The position numbers and the translations under genes are program-made. DNA of 64,000 nt, taken from positions 288,001 through 352,000 of the forward strand of contig CBDBDQ010000005.1 of the NCBI GenBank assembly GCA_965203905.1, given 5' to 3'. The DNA is from Spirochaetia bacterium. GTDB lineage: Bacteria; Spirochaetota; Spirochaetia; SZUA-6; Bin103. The notes beneath the pieces were generated by a model. The model did no database searches. It was not told where the DNA came from and saw nothing but the letters and a program-made list of their open reading frames with translations. Each line of letters begins with the position of its first letter. Within the stretch, counting starts at the first letter, position 1. Positions 52,369 through 61,662 of this stretch are shown here, piece after piece.

Positions 52369-53094
52369 ATGCTTCTGAGCGAGCAGCAGTGCAGTCAGTA
52401 CCGCGACGCCGGCTACCTGGTCGTACCGCGCCTGTTCGAGCCGGACACCGCGCGGCGGATGATCGATCACTACATGGCGGCGCGTGCCACGGGGCCGTTG
52501 CCCGGCGACTTCGGCGGGACCCCGGACCACCCGGAAGATCCTACCCACCGCTATCCGCGCATGATCAACATGCACGACTGGGATCCGCCGAGCGCGCGTT
52601 GGGCCACGGCTGCCAAGCTGCAATCGGCCGTGCGGCAGCTGATCGACGACGAGCCGGTGCTGCGCCAGACCATGATCTACTTCAAGCCGCCGCGGGGCCG
52701 CGGCCAGGGGCTGCACCAGGACGCGCAGTTCATCGCCGTCGAGCCGCTGCTCGGGGTGTGGGTTGCGCTGGACCGGTCGGACGAGCCGGTGGGCCCGATG
52801 ACGGTGATACCGGGGTCGCACAGGCTGGGTCTGATGCCGGTGGAGGCGGCCGATACCGCGGTCTCATTCACCGAGGTGCAATCGGTGCTGCCGGAGGGTG
52901 CCGAGACCGTCGGCGTGACCATGGAGCCGGGCGACGCCCTGTTCTTCGACGGCAAGACGATCCACGGCTCATACGCCAACCGCACCACCGACCGCTGGCG
53001 GCGCAGCTTCATCTGCCACTACGTCGGCAAGCATTCCCGGGACTTCCGACCTGAAGAGGGCAAGCACGTATCCCACCTGCTGGATCGAAGCTGA
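52369..53094 (+). CDS. PhyH family dioxygenase
   Basis: GGAGGG RBS; LHQDA, VWVALD, IPGSH, IHGS. Confidence 0.9.
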   Translation: MLLSEQQCSQYRDAGYLVVPRLFEPDTARRMIDHYMAARATGPLPGDFGGTPDHPEDPTHRYPRMINMHDWDPPSARWATAAKLQSAVRQLIDDEPVLRQTMIYFKPPRGRGQGLHQDAQFIAVEPLLGVWVALDRSDEPVGPMTVIPGSHRLGLMPVEAADTAVSFTEVQSVLPEGAETVGVTMEPGDALFFDGKTIHGSYANRTTDRWRRSFICHYVGKHSRDFRPEEGKHVSHLLDRS

Positions 53095-53168
53095 GTCCGG
53101 ATACCGTGACCCTGCCGGCGTCAGGGCCCCGAGATGGTAGGGCTTACATACTGACTACTGGCGCGGGC

Positions 53169-55805
53169 TCAGGTCTCCATGGGGCGCCGAGGGATGACTT
53201 CAAGTACGCTTTGGCCTTCGCTAACAGTGTGACCTAAAGGGAACGTGATGCTGCCGAATTTGGTGATGGCAAGCTCCGACAGCTTGAGGCTTCCATGGTG
53301 CACTTTCAACTCTACTTCAGTCCCCTTATCCGTTTTCTTCTGCGAAAACGTTCCCCATGCATAGCCATTGGACCAGAACCACTGAGTATCCTTATCCGCC
53401 GCCGCGAAAGACATCGTACCGGTAACTCCTGAGTACTGGAATCCGGTGAGTGTGGTCAGCGCCGCCCACGAGATCATGGCCCGAGCGTAATGATGGCCGC
53501 ACTCGGCCTCGTTCCAGGGGCTGCGCCGGGTACCGTCAAAGCGCGAGCGGATCGCTTCGATGCACTTCAGACCGGAGTCGATCTGGCCTTCCTGCAGCAT
53601 CCCAATCGCCGCGGCGTACTCGAATCCCGTCATACACTCGCTGTAGCCGCCGGTGACAATGTCAGGGCGGCCGCCGTCAGGATAGGAGCAGACGAGCAGG
53701 CCTTGCTCCCCATTCAGCGTGTATCCACGGGAATTGTTAAGATGGTTCCAGAAATCCTCCATGAAATTGTATTTCATGATACTGCGAGTGGTTTTGCCTA
53801 CATTTCCTCTATTGAGCAAATATCCCAATCCGCAGACATGGGCCATACACTGACCCACTAGCTGGTCCACCAGGCAGCCTTTGCCGAGCTGAAGCTGCGG
53901 GTTCTCCAGGTCGGTGCGGTCCCTGTCAACAACCAATCCTGGGGCAACCCCGGAGAGGTTTCCTGGCGGGCGGATCTGCTGCTCGTAGTATTCGCCGTTG
54001 AACAGGTTGCCATCAATCCAAGCGCTGCCGCGATCGAAGAGGTCACGGCACGCCCCGGCAAAGTCGCCCTGACCCAGATACCGAGCGACTTCTTCGGCGG
54101 CCCGCAGAGCACCCAGATACCAGACGCCGATCAACGGATTTGGACCGAAGTACTCCGTATCGAGGGTGTGGTGCTGGGCGCCTTCCATGACGCCGTCTTT
54201 ATCAGCATCCCAGCCTCCGGGTATCCAGGCGAATTCCAGGGCCTTTCGTGCCCGCGGCCACAAGTCGCGAAGAAACTCATCGTCTCCCGACAATTGCCAC
54301 TCGCGATAGAGGCGCATAAGTGCCCCCATCTGTCCATCCGCTGCGGTAAGCCCCCACTCCTTTCCGGTACCCAAAGGCAGCGTCGAGCGGCAGTTCATAA
54401 ATCCATCTTCCCTCGTCGAAAAGAGAAAATCGATCTTGCGCATGGAACAGGCGAGCTCGCCATAAAGAAAGGCCGTCGCCTGTTCGTAGTTCCACACATG
54501 GGTAGCAGATCCGTGGCAGCTTCCGACATCATCAGCGCACCCTTCCCAACCGTGAAAGAAACCGTCGGCTGTCTGAAAGCACGTCTGCGTGCGTAGCGTA
54601 CTGGCGTTATAGAGTGCTGCCTCCTTAACCACCGCGGGGAGGTCGCTGGCGCAAACCGATGCCACAAAGGAAACGGTTTTCGACTCCAGGTCGGTCAGGT
54701 GAGGCACTGTCTGAAGCGCTACATCCCAGGCATCGCGGAATCGCCCGGTGTAATGATTGCCAACCCAGCCACTAGAGGCGCTATTCCCGCCCCATTCGTA
54801 ACGGTTGGGGAAATACCAGGTGATCACGAACGTAATCGCCTTCTCCTCACCCGGCTCTAATTGGACGCTAACGGCAGTAGCACCTGCCGGACTATCTCCG
54901 CCGTTAGACTCCTCTTCCAATTCTCCATTCAGCGAGAATTCGTTCCAGAAATCCTGCAGCGGTTGCCAGCTCCAATCGCCAAATCCCCATGCCTGCTTTC
55001 GCGTTACTCCCCTCTTTGCAGTTGTCAACAGGGCAATAGAGCCGAATCCTTCGGAATCCGTAGCCATCCCCTCGCCATCCATAAAGATTCCCTGAAAACC
55101 CTCTTCCACCCGGCAGCGATTGCGCCTCTCCATAGGGCCCGCGTGGTCAGGTCGGAGTTTCATCTTTCCGGGTATGGCGCTCCCCGTGGCGGTGTCTTGT
55201 TGTCCTTGCCACACAAAAGGAGCTGCTATGGTAGGAGACTCCTTGTTTACACGACTCGATCCCAATTCCAACGCGCCGACGAAATTACCCAGACTGCCGC
55301 ACACGGACGCCGTGATCGGCTCCCTGGCTCTGCTTTTTAGGACATAGCGAAGTAGCACAAGAGGAATACCACTTGACTCCAAATCACCGGGAATCATAGG
55401 ATTGAAGGCTTCCAGGCGAACGTCCACCGGCACGTCCTTATCTTGTAACAGCGCCTGGGCCAGAGGATAGGCTGTAGCCAGACCGCAGCGGCGAAAACGT
55501 GGCAGCGCATAGTTTGGACCGGTAGATCCGTTGTAGGCCTCATAGTGTTCAAATTCGAGCGGGCCTTCCAGCGCTTTGGTAACCCTGCTACCGCCTGCAC
55601 CTCTCACACTGATACAGAAGAATGTGTTTTTGGGCAAAAAACCCTTGGCCGGCCTGTTCCCCACCTCCCAATCGCGAAGGTCGCCGCGGCCTCCTAGTGA
55701 GATGGTTCCGGTTCCGATACCGCCTATCGGCATTGCCGCGCGTAGGAGATGCCGCTGATCGTAGGTAGTCAATACAGGCCACTTGGGGTTTAGGAGTCTC
55801 GCCAA
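53169..55805 (-). CDS. GH116 beta-glucosidase/non-lysosomal glucosylceramidase; native 5' end (ATG at 57117) separated by ISAzo13
   Basis: MPIGGIGTG, GWEGC, HVWNY, AADGQMG, HHTLD, DQLVGQ, ECGHHYARAM. Confidence 0.9.
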   Translation of the reverse strand: MARLLNPKWPVLTTYDQRHLLRAAMPIGGIGTGTISLGGRGDLRDWEVGNRPAKGFLPKNTFFCISVRGAGGSRVTKALEGPLEFEHYEAYNGSTGPNYALPRFRRCGLATAYPLAQALLQDKDVPVDVRLEAFNPMIPGDLESSGIPLVLLRYVLKSRAREPITASVCGSLGNFVGALELGSSRVNKESPTIAAPFVWQGQQDTATGSAIPGKMKLRPDHAGPMERRNRCRVEEGFQGIFMDGEGMATDSEGFGSIALLTTAKRGVTRKQAWGFGDWSWQPLQDFWNEFSLNGELEEESNGGDSPAGATAVSVQLEPGEEKAITFVITWYFPNRYEWGGNSASSGWVGNHYTGRFRDAWDVALQTVPHLTDLESKTVSFVASVCASDLPAVVKEAALYNASTLRTQTCFQTADGFFHGWEGCADDVGSCHGSATHVWNYEQATAFLYGELACSMRKIDFLFSTREDGFMNCRSTLPLGTGKEWGLTAADGQMGALMRLYREWQLSGDDEFLRDLWPRARKALEFAWIPGGWDADKDGVMEGAQHHTLDTEYFGPNPLIGVWYLGALRAAEEVARYLGQGDFAGACRDLFDRGSAWIDGNLFNGEYYEQQIRPPGNLSGVAPGLVVDRDRTDLENPQLQLGKGCLVDQLVGQCMAHVCGLGYLLNRGNVGKTTRSIMKYNFMEDFWNHLNNSRGYTLNGEQGLLVCSYPDGGRPDIVTGGYSECMTGFEYAAAIGMLQEGQIDSGLKCIEAIRSRFDGTRRSPWNEAECGHHYARAMISWAALTTLTGFQYSGVTGTMSFAAADKDTQWFWSNGYAWGTFSQKKTDKGTEVELKVHHGSLKLSELAITKFGSITFPLGHTVSEGQSVLEVIPRRPMET

Positions 55806-57101
55806 AATAAGCTGGTCTTTTAGTCACTGTCGGGGAGTCAGCATGTAGTTCCATTCGCCGTGAAACCGATCGCGCTTCAGATTCAGTGCCTGCATCTGTT
55901 CGTCGCTCACCGTCTGCCCCGTCGGGTAGCTGTTGTGGTCCAACTCCGAGCGGATCGTCAAGCCGCTCCTGGTTCTCGTGTGGCCGATCAGGTTCACCAC
56001 CACCTGCCGGCTCACCAGCGGTCGCCCGCGCCAGTTCTCGGTGATGTGACAGAACATCCGATGCTCGATCTTGTTCCACTTGCTGGTCCCCGGCGGAAAG
56101 TGACACACCGAGATGCGCAGCCCCGTGGCATCGGCGAACTGCTGCAACTCCACCTTCCACAGCCGACTGCGACTGCTGTTGGAACCGCCCCCGTCGGCCG
56201 TGATCAGCAACCGCCGCGCCTGTGGATACGCCATATGGCCCATCCTCTGCCACCACCTCCGCAGTGTCTCCACGGCGAATACCGCGGTGTCGTGATCCTC
56301 CCCCACGCTCACCCAGCCGGTGTCACCGGTCACGTCGTAGATCCCGTACGGAATCGCCTTGCCGAGCGTCTTATCCACGAAATCGTGCACCTTGACGCGC
56401 TCCGGTTGGCCCTTCGGGCGCCACTCTCGACCCCCGTTGCGGTACTCGCCCACCAACTCCTTTTTCTTGGTGTCAACAGAAACTACCGGCTGCCGCAGAG
56501 CCTGAAACGCGCGCACCCTCCGGTTGATGTGCTTGAACTGCGCATCGCGGTCGACATGCTGCGTGCCTTCCAGCGTCTTGCGGTTGGCCTGCAGGCTGTA
56601 GCCCAACTCATGCAACAGCCGGTTCACGGTCCGCTCGCTCACCGGGTGACCGGCCGCCTGCAGTTCCTCGGCCAGCCGCGCCGCGCTACTGCAGGTCCAC
56701 AGCAACGGCCCCATCGGGTCGCCGCGGGTGACCGGGTCGACCAACCGCTCCAGCGCCTGTGTCAACTTCGGGTCGCGGGCGGTCAACGGCTTACGGCCTG
56801 CGCCGGGTCGTCGCTGGCGTCCGCTGTTGGCTTGTGCCCCTGCTGCTGCGCCGGCATCCAGTTCCTTCAGCCCGGCGTGAATGGTGGTCCGCGAGATCCC
56901 GGTGGCGGCTGCCACACAGGCGATGCCGCCACGGCCCAGCAGGCGCGCCTCCACCGCAGCCCAGCGGCGCCGGAGGCGCTCGTCAAACAATGGATTCAGG
57001 GCTGCGAACTTGGTCTTGACCGCTTGGGTGAGAATTGGGTCCACTACGTCTGAGTAGATTATCGGCTACTCCTTTCGACCACTTTATTTTGGCGAGATCC
57101 C
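55793..57101 (-). mobile_element. ISAzo13 family insertion sequence
   Basis: Terminal IRs GGAGTCTCGCCAAAATAA / GGGATCTCGCCAAAATAA (16/18 match); TTA duplicated at 55790-55792 and 57102-57104. Confidence 0.93.
55824..57044 (-). CDS. ISAzo13 family DDE transposase
   Basis: TRGDPMGPLLWT, SVDTKKKE, TADGGGSN, PPGTSKWNKIEHR. Confidence 0.95.
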   Translation of the reverse strand: MDPILTQAVKTKFAALNPLFDERLRRRWAAVEARLLGRGGIACVAAATGISRTTIHAGLKELDAGAAAGAQANSGRQRRPGAGRKPLTARDPKLTQALERLVDPVTRGDPMGPLLWTCSSAARLAEELQAAGHPVSERTVNRLLHELGYSLQANRKTLEGTQHVDRDAQFKHINRRVRAFQALRQPVVSVDTKKKELVGEYRNGGREWRPKGQPERVKVHDFVDKTLGKAIPYGIYDVTGDTGWVSVGEDHDTAVFAVETLRRWWQRMGHMAYPQARRLLITADGGGSNSSRSRLWKVELQQFADATGLRISVCHFPPGTSKWNKIEHRMFCHITENWRGRPLVSRQVVVNLIGHTRTRSGLTIRSELDHNSYPTGQTVSDEQMQALNLKRDRFHGEWNYMLTPRQ

Positions 57102-57151
57102 TTAGTCTACCTTTCATTCTCCAGGCTCCTTTTGGGGACCTGCCACCCAAC

Positions 57152-57192
57152 AAAAAAGGGAACCCACAAAGCTAGCTTGTGGAGTTCCCTTT
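57152..57192 (-). terminator. Rho-independent terminator between the SBP gene and GH116
   Basis: Minus strand AAAGGGAACTCCACAAGCTAGCTTTGTGGGTTCCCTTTTTT: stem-loop plus U tract. Confidence 0.75.
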
Positions 57193-57216
57193 CTCCTTGT
57201 CGCTAGGTTCCGTTAC

Positions 57217-59229
57217 CTACTCATCCAGATAGAATTGAACCGGGTAAAATGAACTCCAGTTGTGCGTATCTGAACCCTTGAGTCCGATATGCGGGACATT
57301 TTGCAGATTATTGTTCACGATCACCGGAAACGGCATCTGGGCCACCGTTCCTATCGTCCAGAGATTCTCCGTCTGAGCATTTACCAGGTCTTTCCCCGCT
57401 CTAAAGCGAACCTCGGGATCCGCCGAACGGGTAAATGTTACAAGGTCGTTAATAAGCTTCTTGATATGCTCCGGCGGTTCCTCTCCCTGTTTTCCTTTGG
57501 TAGCGTTCCATTGCAGCCACAATGGCATGGGACTCCAGGGCACCTGTCCAAGCGGCCACGCGGGAGCCAGCGTGAAAATCGGTGTAAGAGTCAGAATAGG
57601 ATCTGTAGTTCTCTCAATTACCCATTCCCCCATGTCAAAATCGTTGGCCCTCCAGCGAGTTATTTTCAGGCCGATACTGATCATTTCCAAATCGATGTTC
57701 AGGCCGACATCTTTCCAATACTCCAATGCCATTTCCAGGACATCCACTTTGGGGGTCAAGTACTCTGCGGTGGTCAGTGTCGGATTGAATTTTGTTCCGT
57801 CAGGACCCTCCCTGAATCCGTCTCCATCGACGTCCACCATTCCCATTTCATCGAGCAGCTCATTCGCCTTTTCTACGCTATAGTCGGCGAAGGATTGTTC
57901 ATAGCTCTTTTCCCAAAACTGGCTCGTGGTAGTTACCGTCGATTGTGACGGAACGGCCATACCGAAAAAGACCTTTTCATTGATCGCTTCGCGATCGAGA
58001 GCATGCGATAGAGCTTTTCTGAAACGAACATCGTTGAAAATCTCTCTGAGGACAGGGTCAGGGTGAGTAAAGTTGGGATATATGGCAACCGCGTTTCCTC
58101 CGGTATGAGTAAACACGTAGGTTCTGTAGTTCCCTTTTTCTTCGTTCTCCTTAATTATGGGAAGATCGACGAATCTCAAGTTCTGGCCCGCCATCGTCGC
58201 TTCTCCGGTTACCGCCTTCATTGTCATCATTTCATTGCTGGAGGCTAGATTAACTCGGATATGGTCGATATAGGGAAGCTGATTACCTTCGGTGTCGACG
58301 AATGCAAAATAGGGATTGCGCTCGAATAGGATATGAGTTTCTGACCGTTCTATCGGGATGTACGGCTTGACGTTGGGTCTGACTCGATCAGGAAACACGA
58401 TTCCATGCTGGCCGCCGTTCATGTAACTGTAGAACTGATACCAGTGATCGAAGCCCAGCTCTTTCGCCTTTGCTTCCAATTCGTTTTTGTCGACAAAATC
58501 AGCATGGTAGTTCTGCAAGTATTTATGAGGTGTATCGATTCCCCTGTCCCCCAATCGTACGTGGAACCAGGCATCAGGCTGAGTCAGCTCGAATTGTACG
58601 GTATAGTCATCGATCTTGCTCACATTTGATATGCCCGTCGGCACCCCGTCCTCGGGCGGTATCGGGCTTAGATCCTCGTTGTTTGCCACGTGCTTCCACC
58701 AGAAGAGGTAGTCGTCGGCCGTAAGCGGATCTCCGTTCGAGTACTTCAAGCCTTCCCACAGGTAGACCGTGAAGGACTTGTTGTCAGTTGAGTATTCCCA
58801 ATCCTTGACGATATAGGGAAGCATCTCAGTTGCGGTCGGGTCCGAACGCAGATAATTCGCCCCGCGTATCCACACCAGTGCTTCACTTGCCCATCCGGTA
58901 GAAGCTAGTTGAGTTGCCCACACTACGGCGGTGCCACCGTACTTACCGACATTTTCATACGGTTCGATAACAGGCGGATCATCCGGCAGTCTTTGCGCCA
59001 CCGGGGGTAGCTGACCGGATCTTACTCGCTCATCGAGTAACGGGGATTGGTTGAATTCCCTTATTCCCCATTGGGATGCGGTCTGTGGAGCGACAAACCA
59101 GCTGTCGGGAATACTGGGGTCGACAAGGCCTCTCTCGATGAAACCTTTGATCACCTCCTGTTTCTCAGCGAAGACGGCTGCAGGGACGATCAACGTAAGA
59201 GCCAACATGGCGAGAAAAAATCTTTTCAT
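57217..59229 (-). CDS. ABC transporter substrate-binding protein, family 5 (OppA/DppA fold, likely oligosaccharide)
   Basis: Signal peptide, LPPVAQRLP, GKYGG, LKYSNGDPLTADD, GNQLPYID, FRKALSHALDR. Confidence 0.92.
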   Translation of the reverse strand: MKRFFLAMLALTLIVPAAVFAEKQEVIKGFIERGLVDPSIPDSWFVAPQTASQWGIREFNQSPLLDERVRSGQLPPVAQRLPDDPPVIEPYENVGKYGGTAVVWATQLASTGWASEALVWIRGANYLRSDPTATEMLPYIVKDWEYSTDNKSFTVYLWEGLKYSNGDPLTADDYLFWWKHVANNEDLSPIPPEDGVPTGISNVSKIDDYTVQFELTQPDAWFHVRLGDRGIDTPHKYLQNYHADFVDKNELEAKAKELGFDHWYQFYSYMNGGQHGIVFPDRVRPNVKPYIPIERSETHILFERNPYFAFVDTEGNQLPYIDHIRVNLASSNEMMTMKAVTGEATMAGQNLRFVDLPIIKENEEKGNYRTYVFTHTGGNAVAIYPNFTHPDPVLREIFNDVRFRKALSHALDREAINEKVFFGMAVPSQSTVTTTSQFWEKSYEQSFADYSVEKANELLDEMGMVDVDGDGFREGPDGTKFNPTLTTAEYLTPKVDVLEMALEYWKDVGLNIDLEMISIGLKITRWRANDFDMGEWVIERTTDPILTLTPIFTLAPAWPLGQVPWSPMPLWLQWNATKGKQGEEPPEHIKKLINDLVTFTRSADPEVRFRAGKDLVNAQTENLWTIGTVAQMPFPVIVNNNLQNVPHIGLKGSDTHNWSSFYPVQFYLDE

Positions 59230-59344
59230 TTTTCTGCCCTCCTAGTTTCTATTATTGATGAATTTTGGCTCTTGTCAAGCTCACCCCCCGGGCCGGGACG
59301 GACCGGAGTTGGCATGGGAGAAACAGGGCTGCAAGCCTATACTG

Positions 59345-59545
59345 GGGGTTAGTCTTCGAGGGAGCGCGAAGTAGGCCGGCGATGCACTGGTGTAGCGCCC
59401 TGCGGCGAACCCGTTGTCAAGCTTGGTCCCGAGGCCCGTGGCGTTGTCATTGGTGAGGCTCAGCCCGCGACCGGTTGCGGTGGTGATCCATCCCGATAAG
59501 GAGAATGCGCAGTTGCTTCACGCCTTGGCCGCTCCACTCATTCCC
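59345..59545 (+). ncRNA. Putative IS110 bridge RNA in the left non-coding end
   Basis: About 200 nt between TATACT (59338-59343) and the transposase RBS; contains copies of flank and end sequences. Confidence 0.5.
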
Positions 59546-59555
59546 AGGAGGAGTC

Positions 59556-60950
59556 ATGGCACGACGCAAACGCAGAAGCAAACGCAGCGGCAAGGGCAAT
59601 CGCTCGGCGCAGCCGCAGGTGGTGCACCCCGAGGCGGCAGGCCTGGATGTGGGCGCCACCATGATCTACGCGGCGGTACGCGCTGAGCGCGCCGAGCAGC
59701 CGATCCAATCGTTCCCGACCTTTACCCGCGATCTGCATGCCTTGGCCGATTGGCTGAGTACCTGCCAGGTAACCACGGTGGCCATGGAGTCGACCGGCGT
59801 GTACTGGATCCCGGTGCACCAGATCCTGGAAGCACGCGGCTTCGAGGTGGTGCTGGTCAACGCTCGCCACGTGCGCTCGGTGCCCGGTCGCAAGAGCGAC
59901 GTCGAGGACTGCGAATGGCTGCGTTGCCTGCACTCGGTAGGGTTTCTGCGCGGCTCGTTCCGACCGGCTGACGAGGTATGTGCGGTGCGCTCCTTGTTGC
60001 GCCATCGCGACAGCGTGATCAAGACCGCCTCCCGCAGCGTACTGCACATGCAGAAGGCGTTCGATCAGATGAACGTCCATCTGCACCACGCGATCTCCGA
60101 TCTGACCGGGCTCAGCGGCCTGGCCATCACCGACGCCATCCTGGACGGAGAGCGCGACCCGACGCGCTTGGCGAAGCTGGCGCACCCGCGGATCAAGGCC
60201 AGCCGTGCCACCCTGATCAAGGCTCTGGAGGGTGATTGGCGCAGCGAACATCTGTTCACCTTGCGCCACGCACGCCAGACCTATGCGCACTACCAGCAGC
60301 TCATCAGTGAGTGTGACCAGGAGATCATGGCCCGCATCCGCGCGTTCGAGCAGACCCAGGAGCCGCCCGCCGCGACCGCTACCGACCAGCAACCGCCGGA
60401 ATCCCCTGAACCGGGCCCGGAACCGCCTGCGTCGCCTCCGCAAGCGTGCAACATGAAAGCCCACCTGACGCGGTTGTTCGGCACCGACCTGACCCTCATT
60501 CCCGGTATCGGCGACACTACCGCGCTGGTGCTGTTCAGCGAACTCGGCCCCGATCTGTCACGCTTTCCGAGCGCCGCGCAGTTCGCATCCTGGTTGAACC
60601 TCTGTCCGCAGAACAAGATCACCGGCGGCAAGGTGATCAGCTCTCAGACGGGGCCCGGCGCCAACCGTGCGGCACAGGCGCTGCGCATGGCAACCCAGAC
60701 CCTGTACCGCAGCCACTCCGCGCTCGGTGACTTCTTCCGCCGCAAGCGGGCCCGCGTCGGCTCCCCGCAGGCGATTACCGACACCGCCCACAAGCTGGCG
60801 CGCATCATCTACCACCTGGTGACCCGCCACGTCCTCTACGATGACAACGTTCTGCTCCAGCAACAGCGCCAGGACCGTAAACGCCATGAACGGCGACTTC
60901 GAAATCAGGCCCGCGCTCTCGGCTTCAAACTCGTTCCGGAGGCTGCCTGA
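59556..60950 (+). CDS. IS110 family DEDD recombinase/transposase
   Basis: AAGLDVG, VAMESTGVYW, GRKSDVEDC, IPGIG, LCPQNKITGGK, AHKLARIIY. Confidence 0.95.
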   Translation: MARRKRRSKRSGKGNRSAQPQVVHPEAAGLDVGATMIYAAVRAERAEQPIQSFPTFTRDLHALADWLSTCQVTTVAMESTGVYWIPVHQILEARGFEVVLVNARHVRSVPGRKSDVEDCEWLRCLHSVGFLRGSFRPADEVCAVRSLLRHRDSVIKTASRSVLHMQKAFDQMNVHLHHAISDLTGLSGLAITDAILDGERDPTRLAKLAHPRIKASRATLIKALEGDWRSEHLFTLRHARQTYAHYQQLISECDQEIMARIRAFEQTQEPPAATATDQQPPESPEPGPEPPASPPQACNMKAHLTRLFGTDLTLIPGIGDTTALVLFSELGPDLSRFPSAAQFASWLNLCPQNKITGGKVISSQTGPGANRAAQALRMATQTLYRSHSALGDFFRRKRARVGSPQAITDTAHKLARIIYHLVTRHVLYDDNVLLQQQRQDRKRHERRLRNQARALGFKLVPEAA

Positions 60951-61009
60951 ATGCTTGGTTTCTAAGGAGGTTCTCAATTGCGGGATCGCCAGATCCCGCA
61001 CGGCAGCGG

Positions 61010-61355
61010 GAGAGCGGACGGCGCGGCCTGAGGGCGTGATGGCAAGGGCGGCGGACAGCAGCGCGCAACACGCCGGCATGGCCGGCGCGAGCAATAGTGA
61101 GCGGCCGGTGGAACCGGAAGTGGTAGCGTGGGCACGAGTTGCCGGACCTGGAACTGTGACCGCCGGCGATCCGGTCAGAGACCCTGCTGTGGCGCAAGTA
61201 CGTGGACCGCTCCCATTGCCTCGGCTTGCGCTCCGCTGCCGGGAGCACAGATGCGCTATATGGCCACCAGCCAAGCACCAGTTACTGGCAGCGCTCGGTT
61301 TTCGGAGCCTGCGCTTTGGAAGGCGACAGCGCGAGATCGGTTCATCGGAGCCGTG
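61010..61355 (+). pseudogene. Degenerate DUF4338 (DruA-like) gene fragment
   Basis: Across frames: ELPDLEL*...ETLLWRKYVDRSHCLG / PLPGAQMRY / QLLAALGF / WKATARDRFIG. Confidence 0.6.
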
Positions 61356-61662
61356 CGCCTGGCAACCGAGAGGGGCACGTGAGCATCGGTAGTGGGGCGT
61401 GCGAGCGAAGCCTTGAGCGTCGCAAACGCCGGTACCGGCGTTCCACCGTCCCACCGCCTCGAGGCCTCCGAGCCCCTGTTCTACGCCGCGCTCGTCACCA
61501 CGCTCCGGAGATACTGCGCGACCGGATCAGCGATTTCGAACGCCGCTGGCAGAAAGCGTCGCCCGATGATGGTGGTCAGCATCGAAGGAGCTCCACTGGG
61601 TGCTGACGTCGTGCCATCCACCCGCCGTAGGCACTTCGGGTCATGCCTCGGCGTCACCTCCC

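Larger units (their letters stand above)
59280..60969 (+). mobile_element. IS110 family element; boundaries inferred from a repeated AG core
   Basis: Shift from AT-rich to GC-rich sequence after TTGTCAAG (59279); right end GTTTCTAAGGAG just after the transposase stop; no terminal IR or TSD. Confidence 0.65.

Noticed and set aside
59245-60964. GTTTCTA direct repeat as an IS110 target-site duplication
   Set aside because: IS110 elements typically do not make TSDs, and the AT-rich stretch to 59279 looks like host island DNA; not fully excluded.
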